The notes beneath the pieces were generated by a model. The model saw nothing but the letters and a program-made list of their open reading frames with translations, did no database searches and had not been told where the DNA came from. 64,000 bases of DNA. It comes from a virus. Lineage: Duplodnaviria; Caudoviricetes. Made by a program: the position numbers and the translations under genes. Within the stretch, counting starts at the first letter, position 1. Each line of letters opens with the position of its first letter. Of this stretch, positions 11,601-19,502 are shown one piece after another. The stretch spans positions 56,916-120,915 of the IMG/VR virus record IMGVR_UViG_3300021399_000118. The stretch is one strand, 5' to 3'.

Positions 11601-13326
11601 CAAAACCGTTACAGCTCAGTTTACCTCTACAGTCCGGACCTATACGGTGCGGTGGTTCGCTCAACCTGGCGTGATGCTGAAATCCAAGGAAGTTACCTAC
11701 GGAACTGAAGCGCTTTATGACGACGATGAGACGGTGTTCCCGACAAAGACGGACGAAGAAGGCGCACTTTATTACAACGTATTCTCCGGCTGGGATAAAT
11801 CCACGGGATTTATTACACAGGATATCGATGTTTATGCGGTCTGGGAACGGGCTCCCCTGCCCAACCCCGGCGAGCTTGAGCTGAACGAAATGAACGTTGC
11901 TCAGATTTCCGGCGTAGCCAAATCCTTCAATGTCAACAACTACTGGGATATTGAAGACTATGTGGACATTCCGCTTGGAAGAGACTTCAACTTCTCCAAT
12001 GTGACTTCCGAAGTGCTCGCAACAGACCTCGTTCTTACCAAGACCAATCTTGTGGACACAGGAAAGAAGCTGTTTGCTGCTGATGCTCCCTCCTTTACGC
12101 TGGCGATCGACTACGAGTTCCTCGATGAAACAACCGAAGGAACTCTCGTTGCTTGCTATGGAGCAAGCGGAGCGGAAGGTTTCCGGCTTTGCTACCGGAA
12201 CGGCGCTCCGACCTTAGTCTGGGGCGACAAGAGCATTACGGTTGGCAACTATGGAATGAAGAGAGGTATGCTTGTTCTTCTCCATATTAAAGGCTCCAAC
12301 AACCTTTTTGTTGCATCAAATAACAACCTGAATTATGACAACCTGCTTTACGCAGACAATCTGTTTACAACAGAAATTGTCCGCACTACTTCCACCCAGA
12401 CAGATGCAACACTGGTCTTTGGCGGAACTGCAAGGATTAACGGCAACATCATCTATCCGGCCGCAGGAATGATTAACTGGTGTAAAGTATGGTACGGGCA
12501 TCTTGGCCTGACCGCAATTAAGCAGCTTGCCAACTGGCCCCACGAAACCATCCGGATGAAATACGTCGGGACAAACAGAGTTTATCCATCGGATGGATCC
12601 GGCTATGCAGTCGGAGCTTCCTTTGTTTCCAACTCTCCCCTTTCCGGGCAAAGAAATATGGAACCCAACGCTCCTGGGTGGGACGGAACCAATACTTATG
12701 CCTTCCTGAACAATCGGGTTTTCAAAGCCCTTCCTTATGGATGGCAGCAGATTATCAAATCTGTAAATCTGCCCGTGCTGAAATTTAACGATAACAACAC
12801 GCAGAACCAAACGCTCGTGCCGACCAAGGTTTATATGCCAGCCTATATGGAAATTGATCCGGACGCGACAAATTGGATTTCGGGCGCGTTCAGCTATGAA
12901 GGATCGACATTTGCATATATAACCAGAGAAACGGCCCGCAGAAGCCGGCTTTGGTTTGCCGGGATTACAATTCCTGAGGATGCAGAATATTACTCGACCA
13001 ACGCTGATCCTTCTTCCTCTTCCGTGCTTTATAACGTCAAGGAAGGGGATATCTGGATTCATACCGGAAGCCAGAACAGAGGATACATTTATGTCAGCGC
13101 GGCTACGGCGGCGAAGCATATGTATTTCGGCTATCAGCGGAAAAATGCAGCGGACAATATTCAGGCGGCCGATGGAGGCTTGTGGGTTTCCGCGTCCCAT
13201 GTCTGGACCAGAACACATTATCAGGCCGGAAACAGTCCATACTATTATTCCGCTACTCCAACTGGTACAACCAACTTCATCTACAGCACAGATTATCTTA
13301 CAACTCTTATTATGTTCTCGGTGTAA
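5680..13326 (+). CDS. Giant 2548-aa virion protein: coiled coil, LamG-like, CotH-kinase-like, SH3, LRR, InlB-B repeats, C-terminal DUF6273-like domain
   Basis: VDNVSKNNFW...YDMDT kinase-like motifs; IRAKASTT...WREVTYGSYTGYM SH3b; LxxLxL repeats; YTFSGW repeats; poly-Gly linker. Confidence 0.65.
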   Translation: MPTMPITDDKGQKKFLDSDGLSSILIKLKTYIQDSIQTESDETQVKLNSKLNKPNEAGYEGQVLKVGQDGNPTWATQQSPSDSQVRVAVYSYLESHPTIPAEVEDGSVTQAKLSTDLQQKIGNIATLSTNVTNLQTKADELDDDLTAAEESITTLQSKVSTLETGAQTFTSDISDIQDDIAGIQEIIPNYSTTAQMTAAIENYLESDIADRFDSEKVYLEGDYAVHDGKLVVAKETLSPGEWNAENWEEIKIVDLIELLSTDIQNISTAAQNHVSILPEQGLTSEEKTAARANIDAASTTDVTAVQGSVQDLQQDLEAFEDEVSGLIEQGVGQSIRYDQAQTLTDEQKTQARANAGAASSAEVANVRSAVGDIQTQISQMGDRVTEVEAVEGGIQVTYGNGDTSNIPIEAGSELNSVSYDENYYLHFYDKNGDELYDGPFFIQGGGGGGGTSGGMATITRITGTPLDCVYQMPALIRFTFTATDSSGDAAGNGVGTWSIGGVTVARNIPIVQGENSFDISPYLNAGENNVRLSVSVDTGGDTETIARKTWTVNAVNMRFNWTYNDSQINETDFLDSWTVYGDIAKTTHTSIDGEEIDTITTSRSNVTQSIRIPMLTHGAHQVERWITATIGEDAQSTEHQYHEMIFVEDGDMTPIIAISMKNISMNQYDTIRIPVVVYNPASLLADATLSVDGQPAGEWSKIDRSLRYWNYTPSTAGDHTLTITCGEVSRSISVEVESINLDVEEVAGYSFRFKSSEFATNEAVRNWTSNGINATFSDNFNWINGGLQTETDANGNLQQYLCIKAGDSMTINHKLFATDPKANGMTFKIIFKVRNCRNYDAQIGHCFSNVGLQMYAHNAVFSSSGMSVNVPYGEDEYIELEFDVYPAPRQENDGNVRYMMAWIDGVITTCRVYGETDNFVQPVATQEGIVLGSEDCDLYLYMVKAYPMLDKANNFDNHISNFIMDAPNAAEMAARYSRNNILDESGDIDYTKLMTQNPDCRVWLWDMPYMTIDKDDKVKNCAFNQFWTNGDRYYQMSGTGTVKVQGTSSVKYVMGAANTDMSFKTLEDGYGNDLLANAVVNEDLYGNNYFLADEEDPEQVRVFTAEQARTYAKIGAADPLGPEWVVIERDENRNPTKYIMAMGMKLNDDSCPITYSNTKVNFASCEQVNNMCNAVWYQRYNPYPSLTARDCMEFNMGVQFIKDSGNVPDDNHFVLWGDNKYHMYSIANMGTSKKNVHLFHDLSNPKEVCIEVNDNDKDQMRMVSDDLSEEDWSGKKFFGMRYPDTKNPSQEVRDAWQRLVTWMATSNPNAHTDEQLAAPETYDVYTFKGHDRPGTQVLRGTVVTQYAGTYTHDTFERRMAKMLSECEDYMVMDSFVYHFVYLERHTMVDNVSKNNFWSSTDLLHWDLSKAYDMDTSDGNNNQGQLVFDYGLEFDDVNPTDLKTVFNGSDSVWFVFVGNLYEACRTMFTNREAAGAWSASAYHNFLLSEQRKVPERCWVQCYWYDYLRTYEQKISSEWMSFLDGGQKTHQRNHYETYEELYDSSKYRGIASVSQNVNLRAYTPSQWGGVVVGNGQIRAKASTTSALVTTVPEGEVVYITKKANNTWREVTYGSYTGYMLLSNISALEPKGELTVTMYNKMYISVDVGTTALPPVKAERGVPYVITFDQGGLTSNTVISINTAPMIQAISGLEQLYPDTCVFSAAVRLRELTLGSAAKGYVNTNLRSLALDNNVMLERLYVQNQPNANSVLNLSNCPSLVYLDATGSGFTGYEFADGGLLETAIVSAPVSLNLRNLANLTPGNFRIEDYSKLSSLWLENTPGVDSLDMVTQAINLQVARIIGIDWTLSSDATLNNLLDLQGYDENGITIAQSVLAGDAFVPNVRIRTLNLYNTAWPDLDVTYNSIVEQYAVHFVDDEGNPVPDKHGEDYVQYIDRGQAAYDPIEAEEINTPVKEADAQYTYTFSGWTNLDGIVLADKTVTAQFTSTVRTYTVRWFAQPGVMLKSKEVTYGTEALYDDDETVFPTKTDEEGALYYNVFSGWDKSTGFITQDIDVYAVWERAPLPNPGELELNEMNVAQISGVAKSFNVNNYWDIEDYVDIPLGRDFNFSNVTSEVLATDLVLTKTNLVDTGKKLFAADAPSFTLAIDYEFLDETTEGTLVACYGASGAEGFRLCYRNGAPTLVWGDKSITVGNYGMKRGMLVLLHIKGSNNLFVASNNNLNYDNLLYADNLFTTEIVRTTSTQTDATLVFGGTARINGNIIYPAAGMINWCKVWYGHLGLTAIKQLANWPHETIRMKYVGTNRVYPSDGSGYAVGASFVSNSPLSGQRNMEPNAPGWDGTNTYAFLNNRVFKALPYGWQQIIKSVNLPVLKFNDNNTQNQTLVPTKVYMPAYMEIDPDATNWISGAFSYEGSTFAYITRETARRSRLWFAGITIPEDAEYYSTNADPSSSSVLYNVKEGDIWIHTGSQNRGYIYVSAATAAKHMYFGYQRKNAADNIQAADGGLWVSASHVWTRTHYQAGNSPYYYSATPTGTTNFIYSTDYLTTLIMFSV

Positions 13327-13341
13327 GGAAGGTGAAGCAGC

Positions 13342-13767
13342 ATGACATACTTTAAAGCTATTCAAAACGGCACGGTTGTCGATGTCGGCTCTGTCTTCCT
13401 GAAATGGAACGAAAAGAGAAAGAAGTTCTATATCTGCAACGTGGAAGAAGCCGAACTTGCGGAAGGCTCCAATGGGTTGTACAGAGACTACTGGCTGAAG
13501 GCTTCCGACAAGGAAGCGGAGGATGCCTCTGTAGTCGTCATTGACCGGGCAGAATACGACGAAATCCGGGCTCTTCTGGAGGACGGAGAAGAAGTCCCTG
13601 CCCCGCCGGAGACGCCTGAATTGGAGCAGATAACGCCGGCCACACCGGGCGTTATCGAGGATAAACCTTTAACGATTTCCCAAATGCGGGAAATGATCAT
13701 TTCACAGCAGGAACAGATTGAGATCCTGAAAGAAAAAATACAGGAAATGAATGACAGTTTACTTTAA
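13342..13767 (+). CDS. Hypothetical protein (possible chaperone of the giant protein)
   Basis: 141 aa ORF after the giant gene; C-terminal coiled coil. Confidence 0.55.
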   Translation: MTYFKAIQNGTVVDVGSVFLKWNEKRKKFYICNVEEAELAEGSNGLYRDYWLKASDKEAEDASVVVIDRAEYDEIRALLEDGEEVPAPPETPELEQITPATPGVIEDKPLTISQMREMIISQQEQIEILKEKIQEMNDSLL

Positions 13768-13773
13768 GGAACC

Positions 13774-13813
13774 GTCCCGGGGAGAAATCCCCGGGACTTC
13801 CCTTTTATTTTTG
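13774..13813 (+). terminator. Rho-independent terminator
   Basis: GTCCCGGGGA/TCCCCGGGAC 10-bp stem followed by T-rich tract. Confidence 0.75.
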
Positions 13814-13825
13814 TGAGAAAGGAGG

Positions 13826-14455
13826 TTGATGGTTTTGCGGATTGCAATGCCAAGAGGAGATCTCAAGTGGCAGCGGTTTAAAATATCAACCCCGGAAGGT
13901 CAACCTTCCGAGCTGGATTTTACCAACATTTACTTTACCGTGAAAAAGAGACCGACTGACAAGCAGTTTCTTATTCAAAAATCATATAAGCGCAAAGAGA
14001 TTTACAAGCTTGGTCCGGGCGACTATCAGTTAAAGATAGACCCGGCTGACACCAATCATCTGAACGTTGGAGAATATTTCTTTGATATTCAGATATCCTA
14101 CAAAAACCTTTTAAAGGAATCTTTTGTTGGATCTTTTGTATTAAAGAACGAGATTACCTATTACGAAAACGAAGACGGCGAAGACCCGGAGATACCGTTT
14201 AATCTTCCGGATTCTTCCGACGATACAACCATGGTTCTGGTCGTCCCGGACTACCATGAATTGGAACTGGAAACTCCCGCACCAGTAGTCATCCCTGTAG
14301 ATGTTGTAGATTATGAATATCTTACAAATCTGCCTAAGATCAACGGAGTTACGCTGAAAGGAGATACCTCGTTAGAAGAGCTTGGTATTGATCCTTCCGG
14401 ATCCGTTGCCTCTGAACCCCTTACGACAGAAGAACTTGACAGAATTCTCGTGTAA
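13826..14455 (+). CDS. BppU-like adaptor protein
   Basis: RGD...YFTVK...IDPADT...YFFDIQI; C-terminal YEYLTNLPKINGVTLKG and LTTEELDRIL. Confidence 0.55.
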   Translation: MMVLRIAMPRGDLKWQRFKISTPEGQPSELDFTNIYFTVKKRPTDKQFLIQKSYKRKEIYKLGPGDYQLKIDPADTNHLNVGEYFFDIQISYKNLLKESFVGSFVLKNEITYYENEDGEDPEIPFNLPDSSDDTTMVLVVPDYHELELETPAPVVIPVDVVDYEYLTNLPKINGVTLKGDTSLEELGIDPSGSVASEPLTTEELDRILV

Positions 14456-14471
14456 AAGGAGATGACAACCT

Positions 14472-15398
14472 ATGGCTTACGAGAACATTGAAAATAAAAA
14501 GTTTCTCGACAGCGCCGGCACGGGTTACTTATGGGAGAAAATCAAGCAAAGATATGACTCCAAGCTGGACAGCGTAGTTGCTGCCGATGAATCCGTTGCC
14601 GTTACCAATAACAACAGAATTTCCGTGCAGATCAGCCCGCAGGCTGGCAATGCCCTTCAACTGATTCCTACTGGAAATGACAAGGGTCTTTATGTGTCCG
14701 CCAGCCAGAGCGCGGAAACTTATCAGATTGTCCGGGACGATAATCCCGGAGATTACGCGGCTGTGTATCACCTGCAGAAGTTCCCGAACGGATCTTCCAC
14801 AGGCACCAATATGGGAGTTGACATCAACATCCCCAAGGACATGGTGGTGCAGAGCGGTGTCGTTCAGACCTATACCACATCCGGCGACTGGGGCAATCCC
14901 GGTACTTACATTGTGCTGACCCTTGCCAATGCCACCAATACCACCCTGTATATCCCGGCTGACACACTCGTCGAGTATGTTACATCCGGATCTCAGACCG
15001 GGGATATGGTGATGATCACTATCGATCCCACCACTCACCAGGTAACGGCTTCCATTTCAGATGGAACCATTACAGAAGCGAAGCTGGACACGGTGCTGAA
15101 ATCCAAACTGGCTTCGGCTGTGAGCGCTGTGCAGGTAATCAGCGAAGGTTCCACGAACGGCACAATCTCCGTTGATGGAACAGATGTTGCGGTACATGGT
15201 CTTGGAAGCGCGGCCTATGCCAATGCCAACGCTTTCGATCCTTCCGGAGCGGCCAGTACCGTTCTGGGAACTGACACAGACACAGCCGCTACCGCTACGG
15301 TATATGGCGTCAAGAAATATGCCTCCGATGTGTACGCTTCCATTATCCCCCTGACGACAGTTGAAATCGACGCTGCGATCGCGGCTGCGAATGCGTAA
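14472..15398 (+). CDS. Tail fibre-associated protein
   Basis: KFLDSAGTGYLWEKIK N-motif, INIPKDMVV, GLGSAAY, C-terminal LTTVEIDAAI. Confidence 0.55.
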   Translation: MAYENIENKKFLDSAGTGYLWEKIKQRYDSKLDSVVAADESVAVTNNNRISVQISPQAGNALQLIPTGNDKGLYVSASQSAETYQIVRDDNPGDYAAVYHLQKFPNGSSTGTNMGVDINIPKDMVVQSGVVQTYTTSGDWGNPGTYIVLTLANATNTTLYIPADTLVEYVTSGSQTGDMVMITIDPTTHQVTASISDGTITEAKLDTVLKSKLASAVSAVQVISEGSTNGTISVDGTDVAVHGLGSAAYANANAFDPSGAASTVLGTDTDTAATATVYGVKKYASDVYASIIPLTTVEIDAAIAAANA

Positions 15399-15447
15399 GG
15401 TTGGGAGAGCTTTGCTCTTCCTCCGTCTGAATAAAGGGGGGTAATCG

Positions 15448-15930
15448 ATGCCGAACGCATATGAAACCACAACAACCAAGAAGTTTCTGGATGCGGCCGG
15501 GCTGACTTACTTCTCTACAAAGCTCAACAACTATCCTACAAATGACGTCATCGAGGCCGTCATTGAAGGAACTCAGGACGCCTTGAACGAGAAAGCAGAC
15601 CGCATTCGCTACGGAAGCAAAGAGCACTGGCAATCCCAGATTTCTGAGATTCCGGCAGCCGGGGAAATCATCATTTATACCAACAAGGACACTATTCTGG
15701 ACGAGGACGAAAACGAGATTCCGGTTCCGGGGATCAAGGTTGGAGATGGGATGGCTTATCTCGCTGACCTTCCTTTCCTTGGAGACGAAGTCCTTGAAAG
15801 TATTATTGCCCGGCTCAGCAGCCACGAAAACAACACAGACATACACACAAGTCTTGCAGAAAAAACTTTCTGGAATAACAAGCTTAATCTCCAGTTATCC
15901 GGAGAAACTCTGACTTTAAATCGAAATTAA
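15448..15930 (+). CDS. Tail fibre protein with hyaluronidase/Mtd N-terminal-like domain
   Basis: W...PAAGEIIIY...IKVGDG...LADLPF motif; HENNTDIHTSLAEKTFWN. Confidence 0.55.
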   Translation: MPNAYETTTTKKFLDAAGLTYFSTKLNNYPTNDVIEAVIEGTQDALNEKADRIRYGSKEHWQSQISEIPAAGEIIIYTNKDTILDEDENEIPVPGIKVGDGMAYLADLPFLGDEVLESIIARLSSHENNTDIHTSLAEKTFWNNKLNLQLSGETLTLNRN

Positions 15931-15946
15931 AGGACGGTGAATTAAT

Positions 15947-17311
15947 ATGGCAGATATTTCCAAGATTATGTTGCCTTCCGGTACTGAGGCCTACAATCTT
16001 AAGGACGAATGGGCACGTACTCACATTGAAACCATTGAAGGCGCTATTGCCGGCGGCGTGGTTTTCCGCGGCGTTACGACAACCGCTCTGACGGATCTTT
16101 CGACAACGACCAGCTATCAAATCGGCGAAGCTACGCGTACCGCTCAGAATGGTGATTTGGTCGTCTACAACAAAAAGGAATTCCTGTTTGCTGATACCGA
16201 CAACAAGTGGCATGAAATGGGCGACAACAGCGCTTTCAAGGCGCTGGCTTATAAGGACAGTGCGACTGGGTCTGTGACCGCGGCTGGTAACGTTTCCGCT
16301 CCTACTTTTACAGGAACCTCCACGAACGTGACCATTACCACGGCTGACAGCACTACCGGCAACTATCAACCCAAAGGTACAATCTCTGCGCCTGCGTTCA
16401 CAGGTGCTTCCATGACCTCTACTGGTAAGTTCACTCCTGGCGGAAGCGTGACCGTTACCACGAACACCACGGAAAACAAGACCGCTACAGTTTCCTCTAC
16501 AACTGGTACAGCAACATATACGCCCGCCGGAACCGTTGCGGCTCCTACTTTCACTGGAACAGCCGCAACCATTTCCGGAAGCGGCACGTTTACGCCTGAA
16601 GGATCCATTTCTTTCTCGAACAGCAACCAGACAACAACTGTTTCCAAGGCCGCTTCCGGTACAGCTACTTACACGCCTGAGGGAAGCGTCGCCGCTCCTG
16701 TCATCAGCGTAGCAACTGCCGGTGCGACTGCGACAATCAAGAATCCGACGAGTGTTACGGTTGCTAAGACGCTTGCGACAGCTGCTCCTGGCTCTACAGC
16801 TCCCGCGAACGCCGTTACTTACGCTACCGTATCAAATGAGACTTTGAACCTGTATCAGCTTGGATATACAACCGGCGCTTCCATTACAACCACCAACGTC
16901 ACAGTTAAGACAGGGGACGCGTCTTATTCTGCGACCGCTCCCGCCTTTACAGGAACCGGAGCCAGGCTGGTTACCGGAAACATTTCTGTTCCTTCCAGCG
17001 CAACCTTTACGGGAGATGCGGGCGACATCTCCACAACGGCTTCCTATACACCTGCCGGAACTAACAGCGCTCCCGCCTTTACGGGCACTGGAGCTCGGCT
17101 GGTTACCGGAAACATTGCCGTTCCGAAGACTTATACCGGATCTTTTGCCGGAACGGAGGGCAACGTCAGCGTGACAGGCACCACGACAGGTTCCGTCGCC
17201 GCCCCGACCTTCACCGGTACAAAGGTGCAGATCAGCGGTACAAACACTGCCGCCGGTACTGTTTCTGCTCCGACCTTCACAGGTACTGCGGTCAACGTTA
17301 CCGTATCCTAA
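15947..17311 (+). CDS. Thr/Gly-rich repetitive fibre protein
   Basis: About 10 copies of (P)xGxVxAPxFTGT. Confidence 0.65.
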   Translation: MADISKIMLPSGTEAYNLKDEWARTHIETIEGAIAGGVVFRGVTTTALTDLSTTTSYQIGEATRTAQNGDLVVYNKKEFLFADTDNKWHEMGDNSAFKALAYKDSATGSVTAAGNVSAPTFTGTSTNVTITTADSTTGNYQPKGTISAPAFTGASMTSTGKFTPGGSVTVTTNTTENKTATVSSTTGTATYTPAGTVAAPTFTGTAATISGSGTFTPEGSISFSNSNQTTTVSKAASGTATYTPEGSVAAPVISVATAGATATIKNPTSVTVAKTLATAAPGSTAPANAVTYATVSNETLNLYQLGYTTGASITTTNVTVKTGDASYSATAPAFTGTGARLVTGNISVPSSATFTGDAGDISTTASYTPAGTNSAPAFTGTGARLVTGNIAVPKTYTGSFAGTEGNVSVTGTTTGSVAAPTFTGTKVQISGTNTAAGTVSAPTFTGTAVNVTVS

Positions 17312-17352
17312 TCGCGATACTCTCCTTTATGCCAGCTGAGTATTGCTTAAAT

Positions 17353-17386
17353 CCGGGAGGGGCTTTACGCCCCTCCCGGTATGTTT
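17353..17386 (+). terminator. Probable terminator hairpin
   Basis: CCGGGAGGGG/CCCCTCCCGG 10-bp stem, weak T tail. Confidence 0.55.
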
Positions 17387-17431
17387 ACGGCTGGCACTTA
17401 TTATATCTCAACACGAAAGGAGAGATTGCTC

Positions 17432-19489
17432 ATGCCTGACATCAGTCAAATCAAAACACCTGATGGCACTACTTATAATCTGAAAGATTCGCGGCTGGAT
17501 CCAATTCTTGATGAAACTTATAGCGGATATTATGCCACAGCCAATACAGATGCTCAGAAATATTTTTTCTTTCTGAAGGTTGTTCGAAGCAACTATAATA
17601 CCTTATGGCGCGTCAAGATGAAAGTCGAGTTTACGGTTCCGAGTCATCCTGAATACGCTTACACGTTGTGGGATGCAGATATCGTAGGATTTCAGAGCGC
17701 CATAAAAGCTTATTATATCAAGACCAACCACGGCCAGAACAGGGCTTGCAGATATTTTGCTTCAGCTTTTCCTAAAACTACGACTGCTAATGAAATCTAT
17801 CTTGGAGGCAACATTTATGCTGACCTCAGTTATAACAGCAGCGACTACGCAAGGACTATCCATGTAACCGTGACAGAAACTTATAACTGTGAAGTTGTCG
17901 CTTTAGACAACTTTTTTAAACTTGCAGACGGCATTGTCACGACGACAAACTTTACACTCGCAACTACCGACTTAAATAGCGTGGGCCTTCAGGAAACCGG
18001 AGACGCAAACACAACCTATTCCATCTTTAACTCTATTGGACACGGAAACGGAAGCTTTGTTGCGGATAGCGCTATTTATCGGTATCAGTTACTTTTTCAC
18101 ACAACAGAAGACAAGCTGACACCGTTAAATAATGTAGACAATGGTTATAACAGCACAAGTAAAGCAATATTAACCAACGTTGAATTTGATCCGTTCTCTG
18201 AAATTTTTTATTACATCTCCACGACAAACTACGCAGCAAATGCTGCTGTTCCTGCAGCTAATCTTGCAACCGAATACGGATCTGTCGATTTGAGGTACAG
18301 CTTAAATATCAGTGCAAGCGTTAACGCTTTAACGGCGCATAAAGATGTGTATATGAAGGTTATTCCTCAGTCTAACGGCAAGGTGAAACTTGCGGCTGCC
18401 TTCCCTCTTGTTCAGGCTCTGCCGGTTTTAAACGACGGATATTGGTATATCTACCTGGGAAGGGCTTATTCGACTTATCAGATGGCTTTATATCCGCATC
18501 ATGAAGTGTATTATCACAATGGGACGGCAGTCGTGCAAAAGCTTCCTCCAAACACCAATGCAGGCTTAGTCAACGGACACACCGTAAACTCAGATGTTCC
18601 AAGTGGAGCGAAGTTTACAGACACAACCTATTCTGCCGGCACAGGTCTGAGTTTGAGCGGAACTACTTTTAACCACAGCAGTTCTATTACAGCAGGCACA
18701 GCCGGAACATCTTCCGCGACAAGCGGTTCCACACTCGCCGTTCCGTATGTTACTTATAACGCACAGGGACATATTACCGCGGCCGGAACGCATACGCATA
18801 CAATCAGCGGTTTTCTTACATCTCATCAAACAATCAAGCAGGATGGAATTACCGGAGCAGTAATCAATAGATACGGTGTGTGCTCCACAGCTTCCGATAC
18901 CGCCGCAAAAGAAGTTTCCATCTCCGACGGAACATTTTCCCTTGAAGATGGCGCACGGGTTTCTGTTATGTTTGCCTACCCGAACGCAGCGACCAACCCA
19001 ACCTTGAATGTAAACGGGACCGGAACCATGAATATATATTTTGCGCCGAACTTATCCTCCACGAGTGGCGGAACATATATATTTGAAAACGGGCAACAAA
19101 ACCTTTTATCAGGGTTGTGTGATTTCATCTATGATTCGGAATACGGATGGGTTCTTGTATCCAGCGGAGAAACGATGAGGAATGAAGTTGTTTATTCTAC
19201 GACTACGCCAAGCACAGATATCAGAGGGACGCTTTGGGTTAAGCCAGCTTCCGCTACTGTGGAAGAGCTGAAATGTCTTGTTGTCGCAAGCGGAGCTATC
19301 AGTTCTTTGCCGACAACGATTTCAGATTCTCGCATTGCGTCCGATATGGTTGTCATTAACCAAACGGTATCCAATCCTGCGGCTCAGGTAGGAAATTGGA
19401 CGTGGTCAACAACGGACGGAAGCATTACATTAAGCGGATCTATCTCAGGTTCAACTTATGTGACATTCTATTTGCTTAAATCCAGATAA
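17432..19489 (+). CDS. Tail fibre protein
   Basis: ATG at 17432 after AAGGAG; DVPSGAKFTDTTY, YNAQGHITA, YGVCSTA...PTLNVNGTG fibre motifs. Confidence 0.65.
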   Translation: MPDISQIKTPDGTTYNLKDSRLDPILDETYSGYYATANTDAQKYFFFLKVVRSNYNTLWRVKMKVEFTVPSHPEYAYTLWDADIVGFQSAIKAYYIKTNHGQNRACRYFASAFPKTTTANEIYLGGNIYADLSYNSSDYARTIHVTVTETYNCEVVALDNFFKLADGIVTTTNFTLATTDLNSVGLQETGDANTTYSIFNSIGHGNGSFVADSAIYRYQLLFHTTEDKLTPLNNVDNGYNSTSKAILTNVEFDPFSEIFYYISTTNYAANAAVPAANLATEYGSVDLRYSLNISASVNALTAHKDVYMKVIPQSNGKVKLAAAFPLVQALPVLNDGYWYIYLGRAYSTYQMALYPHHEVYYHNGTAVVQKLPPNTNAGLVNGHTVNSDVPSGAKFTDTTYSAGTGLSLSGTTFNHSSSITAGTAGTSSATSGSTLAVPYVTYNAQGHITAAGTHTHTISGFLTSHQTIKQDGITGAVINRYGVCSTASDTAAKEVSISDGTFSLEDGARVSVMFAYPNAATNPTLNVNGTGTMNIYFAPNLSSTSGGTYIFENGQQNLLSGLCDFIYDSEYGWVLVSSGETMRNEVVYSTTTPSTDIRGTLWVKPASATVEELKCLVVASGAISSLPTTISDSRIASDMVVINQTVSNPAAQVGNWTWSTTDGSITLSGSISGSTYVTFYLLKSR

Positions 19490-19502
19490 GGAGGAGAGAT
19501 AA

